This document shows, in pieces, positions 12,523 to 24,601 of a stretch of DNA of 64,000 nt (within the stretch, counting starts at the first letter, position 1; every line of letters begins with the position of its first letter). Source of the DNA: Octopus vulgaris (Eukaryota); assembly GCA_951406725.2 (NCBI GenBank), contig OX597839.1, forward strand, positions 24,118,001 to 24,182,000, read 5' to 3'. The notes beneath the pieces are model-generated. The model was not told the DNA's origin and did no database searches. It saw only the letters and a list, made by a program, of their open reading frames with translations. Made by a program: the position numbers and the translations under genes.

Positions 12523-12617
12523 CTCTCTGAAGATTGACTAGTTGGCTTTTATATAGAAATCTTTACTCAATGAGAAATCCATCATATGCACAGCTATTCT
12601 CGAAACAGCTGTAAGAG
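12523..12617 (+). ncRNA. Hammerhead-ribozyme-like motif (type I, Penelope pLTR style), probably degenerate
   Basis: CTCT-CTGAAGA-[68-nt stem II region, TAGTTG/CAGCTA pairing]-GAAA-CAGCTG-TA-AGAG. Stem I is CTCT/AGAG, stem III is the palindrome ACAGCTGT, and the cleavage triplet is GUA. The base of stem II is mismatched. Confidence 0.55.
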
Positions 12618-12762
12618 ACTTTATGCCTAACTTAATCCCTTATTCACTCTAACAATTCTGCAATTATATTTGAATTTTAAATTGCTCGCTCTAAAGTGAC
12701 ACCGCATCATTTACTTGTTTATTCTTTATTACTGATATCGGAGACCCCCTTCGGTCACGACA

Positions 12763-13080
12763 CAGACCATGGGATTGCACCTAGAAAGTTACCTTCCTAG
12801 ACACAAGTCTGGACGAGGTTGTTTATGGAAGACCAGCAGTCGCCCATACATACCAGCCTCTCCTCTCCACACTGCTGTTGTTATCCAAGGGAAAGACAAA
12901 GGCCATGATACAGCTTGGCACCTGTGACGTCACAACTCATTTCTACATCTGAGTGAACTGGAGCAACGCGAAATAAAGTGCCTTGCTCAAGAACACAACA
13001 CGCAGCCCGGTTCGGGATTCGAGCTCACAACCTCACGATCGTAAGCTCGACGCTCTAACCACTGAGCCATGCGCCTTCAC
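12763..13080 (-). mobile_element. SINE family D (tRNA-derived), full length
   Basis: Head GGCGCATGGCTCAGTGGTTAGAGCG...GAGCTCGAATCCC and core TTCTTGAGCAAGGCACTTTATTTC. The 3' part is shared with 25835-26056. Confidence 0.85.
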
Positions 13081-13437
13081 AATTCCTGATATACACATAT
13101 AAATATTACAGTATCGGCTAAACTATCAAATTTTTATTATATATATTATTGGCCATAATGCACATCGTTTTAGCTTTTGAATGATGCCACCCCACTGGCT
13201 AAGTAAGCAGGCCAAAATTTCCCCTAATTGGAAGACTAATCTATTGCAGGGTGACCACCATCTACAGTTGAATGGACCGAAATAAAATAAAATGAAATGT
13301 TTTACTCAGGAACACAGCTGAGATTTGAAACTGCGATCACACAATAGTGAGTACAACACCACTAGGTCATGTACCTTCACCCATATGAATAAATACTCAA
13401 GTATATAAATACACACATGCATACACGTTTGTTTATA

Positions 13438-13515
13438 TCTTTTATTTTGGGTTTCAGTAGTTAGACTGTGGCCATGTTGGAGCACTGCCTTGAAGAATTT
13501 TTATTTGAACAAATT

Positions 13516-13549
<34 letters not shown>

Positions 13550-13700
13550 CGATGGGCTTCTTTCAGTTTCCATCTACCAAATCCACTCACAAGGCTTTGG
13601 TCGACTTGAGGCTATAGAAGGCGCATGCCCAAGGTGCCACGTAGTGGGATTGAACCCAGAACCATGTGGTTGGAAAGCACGCTTCTTACCACACAGCCAC
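13438..13700 (-). mobile_element. SINE family A with internal deletion
   Basis: Head and tail are present; the segment beside the microsatellite is missing. Confidence 0.78.
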
Positions 13701-13702
13701 AG

Positions 13703-13741
<39 letters not shown>

Positions 13742-14149
13742 CATACACACACAATAATAATAATGATATTTAAGTAGCATAGGTTTTACATTCTATCAGA
13801 TTCCATTTTAAGGAGTTGGGAGAGGGACCATGTTAAAATTCATTGTGTAGAATATATTGTTGGACAGATATGATACACATGGTAGATTCTATTCAATAGT
13901 TTAAAAAGGGGAGGCAGGAGGAAGAAAAAATGGTTTCCTCTAAAAGGAGCTACAAAGAAGTAACTGTAATTAATATAGCTTTGTTTATTAATTAAGGGAG
14001 GGCTCGTTATATTCTGGGCTGTCAGTCAACCATATGTTCTCAGATTAATTAGAGCAATCGTTTGAACAGATGGAAATGAAGTGAGCAACCCCCCCCCAGT
14101 CCCTACGTGTGTGCAAACCTCTAGTCACATCGTTCAGCTTTTTATTTGA

Positions 14150-14529
14150 ACCAGTCATTTGACTGAGACCCTGCTGGAGCAACGTCTTGAGGAATTTCAT
14201 TAAAACTTGGTACTTGTTTTATTGGTTTCTTCTGTTGAACTGCTAAGTTATGGGGATGCAAATGTGCCAACACCAGTTTTCAAGCTGTGGTGGGGGACAA
14301 ACACAGACACAAACAAACACACATACATATATACTCTCTTTTACTCCTTTCAGTCATTTGACTGCGGCCATGCTGGAGCACCGCCTTTAGTCGATCAAAT
14401 CGACCCCGGGACTTATTCTTTTGTAAGCCCAGTACTTATTCTATCGGTCTCTTTTGCCGAACCGCTAAGTGACAGGGACATAAACACACCAGCATCGGTG
14501 GTCAAGCAATGCTAGGGGGACAAACACAT

Positions 14530-14594
<65 letters not shown>

Positions 14595-14755
14595 TACGAC
14601 AGGTTTCTTTCAGTTTCCGTCTACTTAATCCACTCACAAGGCATTGGTCGGCCCGGGGCTATAGCAGAAGACACTTGCCCAAGATGCCACGCAGTGGGAC
14701 TGAACCCGGAACCATGTGGTTGGTTAGCAAGCTACTTACCACACAGCCACTCCTG
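14150..14755 (-). mobile_element. Young SINE-A (14333-14755) adjoining an older SINE-A fragment
   Basis: Both parts match family A. Confidence 0.88.
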
Positions 14756-14795
14756 CTTGTTTAGCAAATCCACTTATGAGGCTTTGCTTGGCCAG

Positions 14796-14856
<61 letters not shown>

Positions 14857-14939
14857 CTATTATGGCAGGGTCCAAGGTTATGGTTCATCACAATTCTATA
14901 TTGTAAATCTGTGGTTGAGCTCCAGACAAACTGGCTTCT

Positions 14940-14995
<56 letters not shown>

Positions 14996-15037
14996 TTTTT
15001 CTCAATACACAGTCCCTGTACACCACTTCATACACAC

Positions 15038-15275
15038 TCATCATCTTTTAACGTCCGTTTTCCGCGCTAGCACGGGTTGGACGGTTCGACTGGGGTCTGG
15101 GAAGCCAGGAGCTGCACCAGGCTCCAGTCTGATCTGGCAGTGTTTCTACAGCTGGATGCCCTTCCTAACACCAACCACTCCCGTGAGTGTAGTGGGTGCT
15201 TTTTACGTGCCAGGGGAGTCTGGCATCGGCCACGATTGGATGGTGCTTTTAACGTGCCACCGGCACGGAGGCCAG
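15038..15275 (-). mobile_element. RTE-LINE 3' tail
   Basis: CATCATC-TTTAACGTCCGTTTTCC...CAGCTGGATGCCCTTCCTAA, same family as 31896-32700. Confidence 0.8.
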
Positions 15276-15364
15276 GTAATCTATATATAATTCAGTTGAA
15301 TTAGGTACCTAAATTGAGGCCCCTTGCTAGGTTGGTATAATCCATACACCCAAACAATATTAAT

Positions 15365-15598
15365 AAAGGCGGCGAGCTGGCAGAAACGTTAGCACACTGG
15401 GCGAAATGCTTAGCGGTATTGCGTCTGTCGTTGCGTTCTGAGTTCAAATTCCACTGAGGTCGACTTTGCCTTTCATCCTTTCGGGGTCGATAAATTAAGT
15501 ACCAGTTACGCACTGGGGTCGATGTAATCGACTTAATCCATTTGTCTGTCCTTGTTTGTCCCCTCTATGTTTAGCCCCTTGTGGGCAATAAAGAAACA
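15365..15598 (+). mobile_element. SINE family B, full length
   Basis: Complete head, core and tail, flanked by an ~80-bp diverged direct repeat. Confidence 0.9.
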
Positions 15599-15870
15599 TA
15601 TATATAATTCAGTTGAGTTAGCTACTTAGATTAAGGCACCTTGCTAGGTCGGTATGATTCATACACCCAAACAATATTAATTGAATATTGAATATCAAGA
15701 CTCCGTGAAGAGGTGCTTGTACCTGATATTCCTGCCGTGTGTGCAGACAACGCAACCCAGCTAAGTGAAGATATCCACCCTTCATAATTCAGACATGTAC
15801 TTTTTATAAGGGTACTTTCTATAGTATCTCTGAAGTGCAGATTCCAAGGTAGATGAACAGAATATAAATA

Positions 15871-16472
15871 TATTTCTTTTACTACCCATAAGGGGCTAAA
15901 CGTAGAGGGGAGAAACAAGGACAGACAAAGGGATTAAGTCGATTACATCGACCCCAGTGCATAACTGGTACTTTATTTATCGACCCCGAAAGGATGAAAG
16001 GCAAAGTCGACCTCGGCGGAATTTGAACTCAGAACGTAACAGCAGACGAAATACCTATTTCTTTATTACCCACAAGGGGCTAAACGTAGAGGGGACAAAC
16101 AAGGACAGACAAAGGGATTAAGTCGATTACATCGACCCTAGTGCATAACTGGTACTTTATTTATCGACCCCGAAAGGATGAAAGGCAAAGTCGACCTCGG
16201 CGGAATTTGAACTCAGAACGTAACAGCAGACGAAATACCTATTTCTTTATTACCCACAAGGGGCTAAACAAAGAGGGGACAAACAAGGACAGACAAAGGG
16301 ATTAAGTCGATTACATCGACCCCAGTGCATAACTGGTACTTTATTTATCGACCCCGAAAGGATGAAAGGCAAAGTCGACCTCGGCGGAATTTGAACTCAG
16401 AACGTAACGACAGACGAAATACGGCTACGCATTTCTTCCGGCGTGCTAACGTTTCTGCTAGCTCACCGCCTT
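15871..16472 (-). mobile_element. SINE-B tandem trimer (one head, three 184-bp body units)
   Basis: Junctions GAAATACC|TATTTC at ~16056 and ~16240. TSD AGAATATAAATA at 15859-15870 and 16476-16487. Confidence 0.92.
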
Positions 16473-17153
16473 AAAAGAATATAAATAACAAAGATGTGTC
16501 AATACATATTGATAAAATTTATTGCGTGCTGAGATGAAGATTAAACGATTGGCCCCAACATAGAATGTCTCCCTCACCTTAAAGAAGACCTGCCAAGAAG
16601 TTGAGTATTTCCTTCAGACATTGCTGCCGCACCAACACTAGGGCTGACCCTAATTGGGTTAGTAATGATAATTGAAACAAGGAGAGTGAGACAGCCTCCA
16701 GCATGGCCAGACCCTTTATTCATAGATTTCTTGTCTAAACCAATGTTTCTTTAAACAATAGTGTCAACAAGACTTCCTTTCAAGGCTTTTTGGCTGTGGT
16801 CATTCAAAGCTGAAGTGGCAGACATAGTAGTAGTAGCAGTAGTGAGGGGGGGAGGAAGAGTGATAAGGGAGAGTGCCTGAGGAAGGAGAGATGGAGGTAG
16901 TGGTTGCAATGACATTGGGGAGAAAGAGAGTGGATAGATGGTGGTGGTGGTGATGATGACTACAAGGAAGGGGAGAGGGGAGAGAGGAGAGAGAGAGAGA
17001 GAGTGTGTATGGGTGAAGGGTGGTGGTGTCCACAGACACTGAAGTGAGACAGCGGGGGGGGGGGGAGCTGTTGTGGTTGGCAACAGCCACAGTGAGAAAT
17101 ACTGAGCAGAGGGAAATAGGGAGGGGAACCAGGGCATTCATGGCTAATGGAGA

Positions 17154-17245
<92 letters not shown>

Positions 17246-17256
17246 AAGAGAGAGAG
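17154..17256. repeat. (TG)n(GA)n compound microsatellite
   Basis: Directly visible. Confidence 0.95.
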
Positions 17257-17872
17257 AAGGGAGAAGGATGGTGGGGGAGGGGGGGGGGGGCAAAGACACT
17301 TTTTTGTGAATGGAGAAAGAAGGGAGTAAAAATTGAGGCAAGTGTTGTTGAGGGTGGTGGTGGTGGTGGTGAAAGGGAAAAGTCCCCCTCCACCAGACAA
17401 GAAGGGCTGGTGCTGGGTAGGGGGCAGAGAGAGAGAGAGAGGGAGGAAGGAGGGATCAGCATGAAACAATTAAATGGGTAAAGGATAATGCATACACATG
17501 TAAGGAGGAAATAAAATCAATAAGTGGCAAGATTATATCCAAATCTGCCATTAGTTCTCTCATTTGACAGCAACCCTACCACAGAGATATTTCCCATGGG
17601 AGGGAGGAAGTGGTGGGAGCAGAGAGAGGGTGGGGGAAGTGCCAGCACCCCACCCCAATGGGCAAGGGCTTTAGTCAGAACATTCCTGGGCTGGTCTAAA
17701 ATAATACAAGGAAAAAAATTGGGGTAAAAAAAAAAAAGCCAAGTTGACTTTTAGGGGATTCTCAAAGCAGGGAGGAACCTCAGTTGCTAGAAATAACAAT
17801 GAGATATCAAATGTCCCTCCTAACATGCCCTCCTCACTGAAAGATATATTGGATAAAGTAATTCTAGATACC

Positions 17873-18106
17873 TATTTCTTTATTACCCACAAAGGGGCTA
17901 AAAATAGAGGGGACAAACAAAGACAGACATAGGTATTAAGTCGATTACATCGACCCCAGTGTGTAACTGGTACTTAATTTATCGACTCCGAAAGGATGAA
18001 AGGTAAAGTCGACCTCAGCGGAATTTGAATTCAGAATGTAAAGACAGACGAAATACCGCTAAGCATTTCGCCCAGCGTACTAACGATTCTGCCAGCTCGC
18101 CGCCTT
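17873..18106 (-). mobile_element. SINE family B, full length, with 15-bp TSD
   Basis: TSD GTAATTCTAGATACC at 17858-17872 and 18107-18121. Confidence 0.93.
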
Positions 18107-18971
18107 GTAATTCTAGATACCATCTGTTTGGATTTAAGACAGGATGCTCATGGCTGGAGGTGTGCTGGCTCAGTGATGATCTGAGATTAAATAACTCTAA
18201 CAAAGCCACAGAAAGGGAAAAGAAGTTTATAAAAGTGAGAGCAATGGATAAGGGCTTTAGTCGGAGCATTGGTGGGCTGGTCTAAAATAGTGAAGGAAGG
18301 AAAAATGGGGTAAAAGCAAGTTGAATTTTAGGACATTCTCAAAGCAGCGAGGAGGAACATTGGCTGCCAGAAACAGCAATCAAAACTCCCTCGTTACACA
18401 CCCTACTTACTGAAGATACACTGAAAAATAGAGTTTCAGACACAATCTGTTTGGGATTAAACTGGGTGGTCGTGGTTGGGAGTGCTTTGGCTCAATGATG
18501 ACCTGAGATTAAACAATAAAGACCAAGCCACAGAAAGCGAAAAGAAGTTTGCAGAAGTGAGAAAATGGTTTAATTTTGTAACGAAGCAGTTTGGAACTTT
18601 TAATAGTAAATACTGTGGGCTTTTGACTGTCAACCGGCAGCTGTGTGCACATGGCTGGACAAGGGTTCCATCTTTCTTTTGGTGTAAATTGTTCATAGAT
18701 GCAAGTCTGCTCTCTTGAAGAAAAGAAAGGCCATTCTTAAAAGGCTGACGGCATCAATGTCATGACAAGTGCTACCATCGGAATGTAAGGGCCAGTACAA
18801 ATACCACAAGGCACACCAGCCAAGTCTCTAACAAACCTGCCAATCTACAGCCCTGGACTGGTACTTATGTAATGACCCTGAAGGGACAAAAAGTCAAGTT
18901 GACTCTAGAGGGATTTGAACTCAAGGCTAGCAAAGAATCAGAGAAAATACCATAAGGTATTTTACCCAGGG

Positions 18972-19348
18972 TGGCAAAATGTTTAGTGGTATTTCGTCTG
19001 CTGCTACGTTCTGAGTTCAAATTCCGCCAAGGTCGACTTTGCCTTTCATCCTTTCGGGGTTGATTAAATAAGTACCAGTTATGCACTGGGGTAGATATAA
19101 TCGACTTAATTTGTTTGTCTGTCCTTGTTTATCCTCTCTGTGTTTAGCCCCTTGTGGGTAGTAAAGAAAAGGTGTTTCGTCTGCCACTACGTTCTGAGTT
19201 CAAATTCCGCCGAGGTCGACTTTGCCTTTCATCCTTTCGGGGTTGATTAAATAAGTACCAGTTATGCACTGGGGTAGATATAATCGACTTAATTCGTTTG
19301 TCTGTTTGTCCTCTCTGTGTTTAGCCCCTTGTGGGTAGTAAAGAAATA
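18972..19348 (+). mobile_element. 5'-truncated SINE-B tandem dimer
   Basis: Junction AAAGAAAA|GGTGTTTCGTCTG at ~19170. TSD GTATTTTACCCAGGG at 18957-18971 and 19350-19364. Confidence 0.88.
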
Positions 19349-20842
19349 TGTATTTTACCCAGGGATCTGCAGACACTTAGAGGTAGATTTATTGAAACTT
19401 AACGAATTTATTTCAGTTAAGTGAAATAATGGTGTATAAAGGATTGGTGTGGACCCTGACCATCCATCTGGATTCTGTTGGATAGACACAATGGCACCAA
19501 AGATTCAGATGTCATATTTAGGGAATAAAAGAAGGGGTTACTAGAGAGCATGTCTACTATTGTCTCCAGGTCTAGGAGAGAGTTAAGCTCAGCACTTACA
19601 GACTAACAGACAGACACTGTGTGTGTGTGTGTGGGGGGGTAAGAGTCTCTAATTAGTTGCTAGGAATAGCAGGGCAAGTAATTTCTCCAAAACCACTCTA
19701 TCATCACCATTTAACCATCCCTCCTCCTCCTCCATGCTGGTATGGGTTAGGCAGTTCAAGAGGGGATGGTAACCCAGCAAGCTATGACAGACTCCATTTG
19801 TTTGTTCTGGCATGAAGGACACACAACTGGGTGCCCTTCCTAAAGTGCCAACCATTTCACATAATGTATCAGGTGCTTTTAACATGGCACCAGCACAGGT
19901 GACTTTGCTTAAAAATAACGGACACAATGTAGGCGAAGGTACATTGTGTCTGAGCCTAAAAGACTCGGAGAGTCACAGCTGTAATGCTTTTGTTCAGAGG
20001 TCAACAGAACCAGTGCTGGCCAGAGGCTAAAGCACAATGATAGACTGACCACTCACACAGCACCAAAACTGTACAGACCCATTTTTCCCCCCCGGTGTCC
20101 TTAAGGCTAAAGATTAAGAACCAATTGTCTCTGCATCACAGACACAATACAGATCCTTTATGCCCATTTGGTTAAACCCAATCCTGCTGTGGCCTTCACT
20201 AAAAACCATTGCACTGCACATAGAACAAACAAGCCTTTGATGGAAGGAAGAAGCAATCCTTCCAGAAGAGACTGTAGTAGCCATGTCTAGCCTCTATCGA
20301 AACTAGACAGGCAGAGATAAGACAACATAGACTCACAAATAAATACAGGAATCTTTGTCGCCAACTCACCACCACCGCCACCACCACCACCACCTCCTCC
20401 ACATTTCAACATTTATTTTTCGCTCAGTTGAATTAATTTGCTTAAGTAGATGTAAATGTTGTTGTAATTGAATAAATGAATGCCGACTATTTCCGTGTGG
20501 TTTTTGTAACAAATGATGACGACGATGATGATGATGATGATGACAATGATGAGGATGATAAACTAAACAAGTGAAAAATAAACAATGTTTTTTTTTAGGA
20601 AAAGAAGAGAAATTAAATGGAAACGCAACGGAGATTAGTGACAGCGGAATGGAAAATAACAAAGTAAGACTATTTACAGTCGTTCCAACTCCAGAACCCC
20701 GCCATTCCCATCAGTGCCATCACCAAAACCATTGTAGATGATAGTTAAATATTTTTAGAATCCTCACATCTCATCCGTGCGTGTGTGTGTGTGTGTGTGT
20801 GTACATGTGTGTAAATATGTGTGTGTGTGTACATGTGTGTAA

Positions 20843-20890
<48 letters not shown>

Positions 20891-21655
20891 GCAGCGCAGG
20901 CCAGCGAAGGTGAATGACGAGATAAAAGTATTAGGTGTACACCACGGTTTATATTAAGTTAAACCATCGTAACCGATATTTATTTGCAGATCTACAAAAA
21001 CACCGTGTGCGCGTGCACACGTGCGTGTGTGCGAGTGTGTGTGTACGCGCACACGAGTGCGCGGTTATGGCAGGAAGATGTAATATATTTCATAAAACCA
21101 GTCGGGGGAATTCGACTAGATTGAAGCTGCGCAGTAAAATACATAAATATTTTGCTTTATAGACATTAAACATAATACATTAGGATATCAAAAGCAAGTG
21201 ACACACAGACACGCACACACACACACACGCACACACGCATGCACACAATCGCAAGGAAATCGTGAGGGGTGGGGGGCGGGGGAGGTGGCAGCATAAATGA
21301 AGGCGGCGATGGTGGCGGCGTCGTCGTTGAGATAACCATTTAAAATTACATACATAAATGAATACAGCAATGTAGTAAAGCTAAAAGGTAAGTTATCAAG
21401 TCTATCAGATTAAGCAAAGGGTTTAATGAGAGAGTGGGAGGGAAGGATGGGGGTGGGGAGAAGAGGAGGAGGAGGAGGAAGGGGAGGGGGAGGAGATATA
21501 AAATGGTAGAAGGAAACAGGCGATTACATTACTGGCGAGGCGGCAATGGCCTTTCGCAATAGTTCTGCTTGTAATATCAGATTGAATCCCCATGCATGCG
21601 ACCGTAACGAAAGAAGGCGGCAAGCAGCCAATCGGCGAAGAAAAGAAATACTCAC

Positions 21656-21755
21656 TGTGTCCATGGCATTTATCGTGGTTTCATCCATTGATGCCGCTTG
21701 ACAACCATCATCCGTGGAGCCGGCATCACACATGCCAGCAAAGGCAGCGACGCTC
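21656..21755 (-). CDS. RERE: RERE/Atrophin-2-like exon (ELM2), 100 nt, phase 2 / 0
   Basis: Acceptor atatttccag|G and donor ACA|gtgagt. Translates (R)[33 protein letters not shown], versus recalled human [33 protein letters not shown]. Confidence 0.96.
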
Positions 21756-21861
21756 CTGGAAATATTTAGAAAGGGAAGAACAGCATTGGAAAGCAGTTTA
21801 GAGAGTACTCGATCGATTTGGAAACCTCAAGGGCAAACAGAGGCCTGCCGCCATGTTGAGG

Positions 21862-21934
21862 GAGAGAGAGAGAGCAAGATGGAGATGGAAAGAGAGAGAG
21901 AGAAGGAGAGATGGAGAGAGAGAGAGAGATGGAG

Positions 21935-21965
<31 letters not shown>

Positions 21966-22204
21966 CAAGATGGAGATAGAGAGAGAGAGAGGAGAGATGG
22001 AGAGAGAGATGAAGAGAGAGAGAGAGAAGGAGAGATGAAGAGAGAGAGAGAGAATGAGAGAGAGAGAGAGAGATGAAGAGAGAGAGAGATGGAGAGAGAG
22101 AGAGAGATGGAGAAGGAGAGAGAGAGAGATGGAGAATGAGATGGAGAGAGAGAGAGATGGAGAAGGAGATGGAGAGAGAGAGAGCAAGATGGAGATGGAG
22201 AGAG
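21862..22204. repeat. GA-rich compound repeat, (GA)n with GATGGA interruptions
   Basis: Directly visible. Forms a pyrimidine tract on the pre-mRNA strand about 100 nt upstream of the 21755 acceptor. Confidence 0.95.
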
Positions 22205-22319
22205 AACACCTATTTGTAGATGTAATCTGTCTTACTCTATAAAGACAAGATGAAGAATAGAATAGAGCAATTGAAATATAAGTATATACATTTAGAGTGT
22301 GCGCATGTATATGAACATG

Positions 22320-22352
<33 letters not shown>

Positions 22353-22576
22353 GAAGGTGCATGGTTTAGTGCAGTGGTCGCCAACCCAAGGTCCGCAAAG
22401 GTAGTACTGGGGGTTCGTGAACTAAATTCAAAATTCAGTTGACTTGTTGCCATGGAACCCCAAGATAAAATACCTGCTAATTAGATTAGCATACACTAAA
22501 GTAGTAATAGTGGTAGTGGTGGTGGTGGTGGTAGTAGTAACAGTAGCAGTAGGGAAAGAACTTTAAGTCTAATTCC

Positions 22577-22791
22577 TTAAGCATTCAGATTATTCTGTCA
22601 AACATAAAATTTATTTATATTGTTTTGAATTAATCATGCATTATTTCGTAGCTTTAAGATTTTGATGATGGGATTGTCTTATTTCTAGAACAACATTGTA
22701 GGGTAGGTGTGAGAAGCTGGATCTGTCCACTTTGAACATAAAATGGGTAGGATATTTGAGCCCGATACGACCAGTTGAAATGCTGAAGGGT
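22577..22791. mobile_element. MITE family F, diverged
   Basis: Matches 5223-5441. Confidence 0.75.
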
Positions 22792-23754
22792 AAGAGTTTG
22801 TGGCCAATTAATGTTGCTCTATAAGTAAGAGTGACAGAGAGAGAGAGGGGGTAGAGAAAGTGACAGAAAGAGAGAGAGAGAGAGAGAGCAAGAGGGAGAA
22901 CATAAAGAGAGACACACGGACAGAAGAGTAGCTGTAGTGGAACAATGACATTCCATCAAAGCTGGACAGGTTTTAGATATATAGCCGAACAAGTATTAGT
23001 TAATCATTGAGCAGTGTGTGCGACAATAGCTCTACCACAGCATTGTAACAATACATGGGAGGTACATTATTATTTATAACAAGACCATCAGAACAGATTG
23101 ACCATTAGCAAATAAAGAGTGTGACTCCTCCTTTGTCAGATCATCATGTAAGAAGAATTGGAGAAGAATGCATTCCTTGGTAGAGACAAGAATATGTTAG
23201 GTTCGTTTTGAACAATACTGCAACAAGGCTGAAAGAACCAACTTGTTCCATGATTACAGCAGCAAACAGGTGACAACTGGGGAAAGATTAAGTTCATATA
23301 AAAACAAAAACTCAGGCATTTTTGTTGTTGTTGCTGATTACAAGGGAAAGCCATATTGAAAATAATAAGCTGGCAAATACTGCTGTGACTGTGCAGATTA
23401 AGTAAATACAGGTGACACAGTCGATAATTGAAACATCAAATGTTTACGGATTACTTTGAGTCCTGAGTCAACACTTTCTCTTGGAGGCACTCAATAATCC
23501 CCCTGTAAGCCCGTTAGTTGAAATGTCTCTTTTGTTTTCAAACAAGGAGCTGTAATAAGCATACAGCCCCACATGAGCTCTATAGAATGGTACCAGATTA
23601 TGGCTAGGTTCCTAAATCAAAGATGGGAAAGAAGTGGAGTATGATTAGCTAGATTGAAAATCTGTGCCCAACAGTTGTGACACGAATAAAAGCTGTTGTT
23701 GAAATGACAGAGTTGGGTTTCTTCCAACTGGTTCAATCCCTGGCCTGATACTGA

Positions 23755-24601
23755 CAGCTATGATGACGAGGGTTCCAGTTAATTTAATCACTGGAACAGC
23801 CAGCTAATGAAATCAACATACAAGTGGCTGAGCACTCCACAGACACGTGTACCCTTAACCCTTTCGTTACTGTATATATTTTGAGATGCTCTGTGTTTCT
23901 TTCAATTCATTTTAAATATAACAAAGAATTTAGTAAAATAACTTAGTTATTGTTAAGCTGGTGTTAGGAACATAAATTGTGACTAAGGTTTGGTGGAAGA
24001 TTTTAATTCAGAACTTTTGGAAACAAGACATTTGTACTACTGAGCCAGAAGCAGTTTCAGTCGTGTTGGTAATGAAAGGGTTAATGTAGTTCTCAAGGAG
24101 ATTCAGCGTGACACAGAATCTGACAAGGTCGACCCTGTGAACTACAGGTACAAATTACTTTTGCTAGTTGAGTGGACTGGAGCAATGTGAAATGAAGTGG
24201 CTTGCCCAAGGACACAATGCATTGCTGGGACCCTACAACCATGAATCAAATATCCAAACCACTACGCCATGCACTTTCACAAAAACCTGGCACCTCATTG
24301 ATTACGACACTGAGTGATCCAGTTGATCCTATCAAGGGAACCCGTTTGTGAAATTAACATGCAAGTGGCTGAGTACTCCACAGACAAGCATACCCTGAAT
24401 GTAGTTCTCAGGGAGATTCAGCATGACACAGAATGTAACGAGGCTGGCCCTCTTTGAATTAGAAGTACTACTGATTTTTGCTAGACGAGTGGACTGAAAT
24501 AAAGTGTCTTGCTCAAGGACACAACACACCATCTGGGAATTGAACTCACAACCTTGCAGCCATGAGCAAAATGCTCAAACCACTAAGCCATGCGAACTTC
24601 A
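23755..24601 (-). mobile_element. Two tandem SINE-E copies (23755-24280, 24300-24601); the first is split by a MITE
   Basis: Both match 11710-12030. Confidence 0.75.
23859..24080. mobile_element. piggyBac-type MITE family G, complete copy
   Basis: TTAA-CCCTTTCGTTAC...GTAATGAAAGGG-TTAA. The host SINE tail has a single TTAA in unsplit copies (for example ~11819 and ~33845). Confidence 0.9.

Noticed and set aside
15871-16472. Regularly spaced repeats as a CRISPR-like array
   Set aside because: Units are whole 184-bp SINE bodies with no unique spacers, in a eukaryotic context with no cas genes.
21756-22204. Long pyrimidine tract as a distant branch-point signal
   Set aside because: Several AG dinucleotides lie between the tract and the acceptor, so there is no extended AG-exclusion zone.
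21714-22242. Arg-Glu dipeptide ORFs (also at 17020 and 43617), suggestive of RERE's RE repeats
   Set aside because: They are translations of (GA)n microsatellites on the strand opposite the gene. The real RE repeats lie far C-terminal, outside the window.
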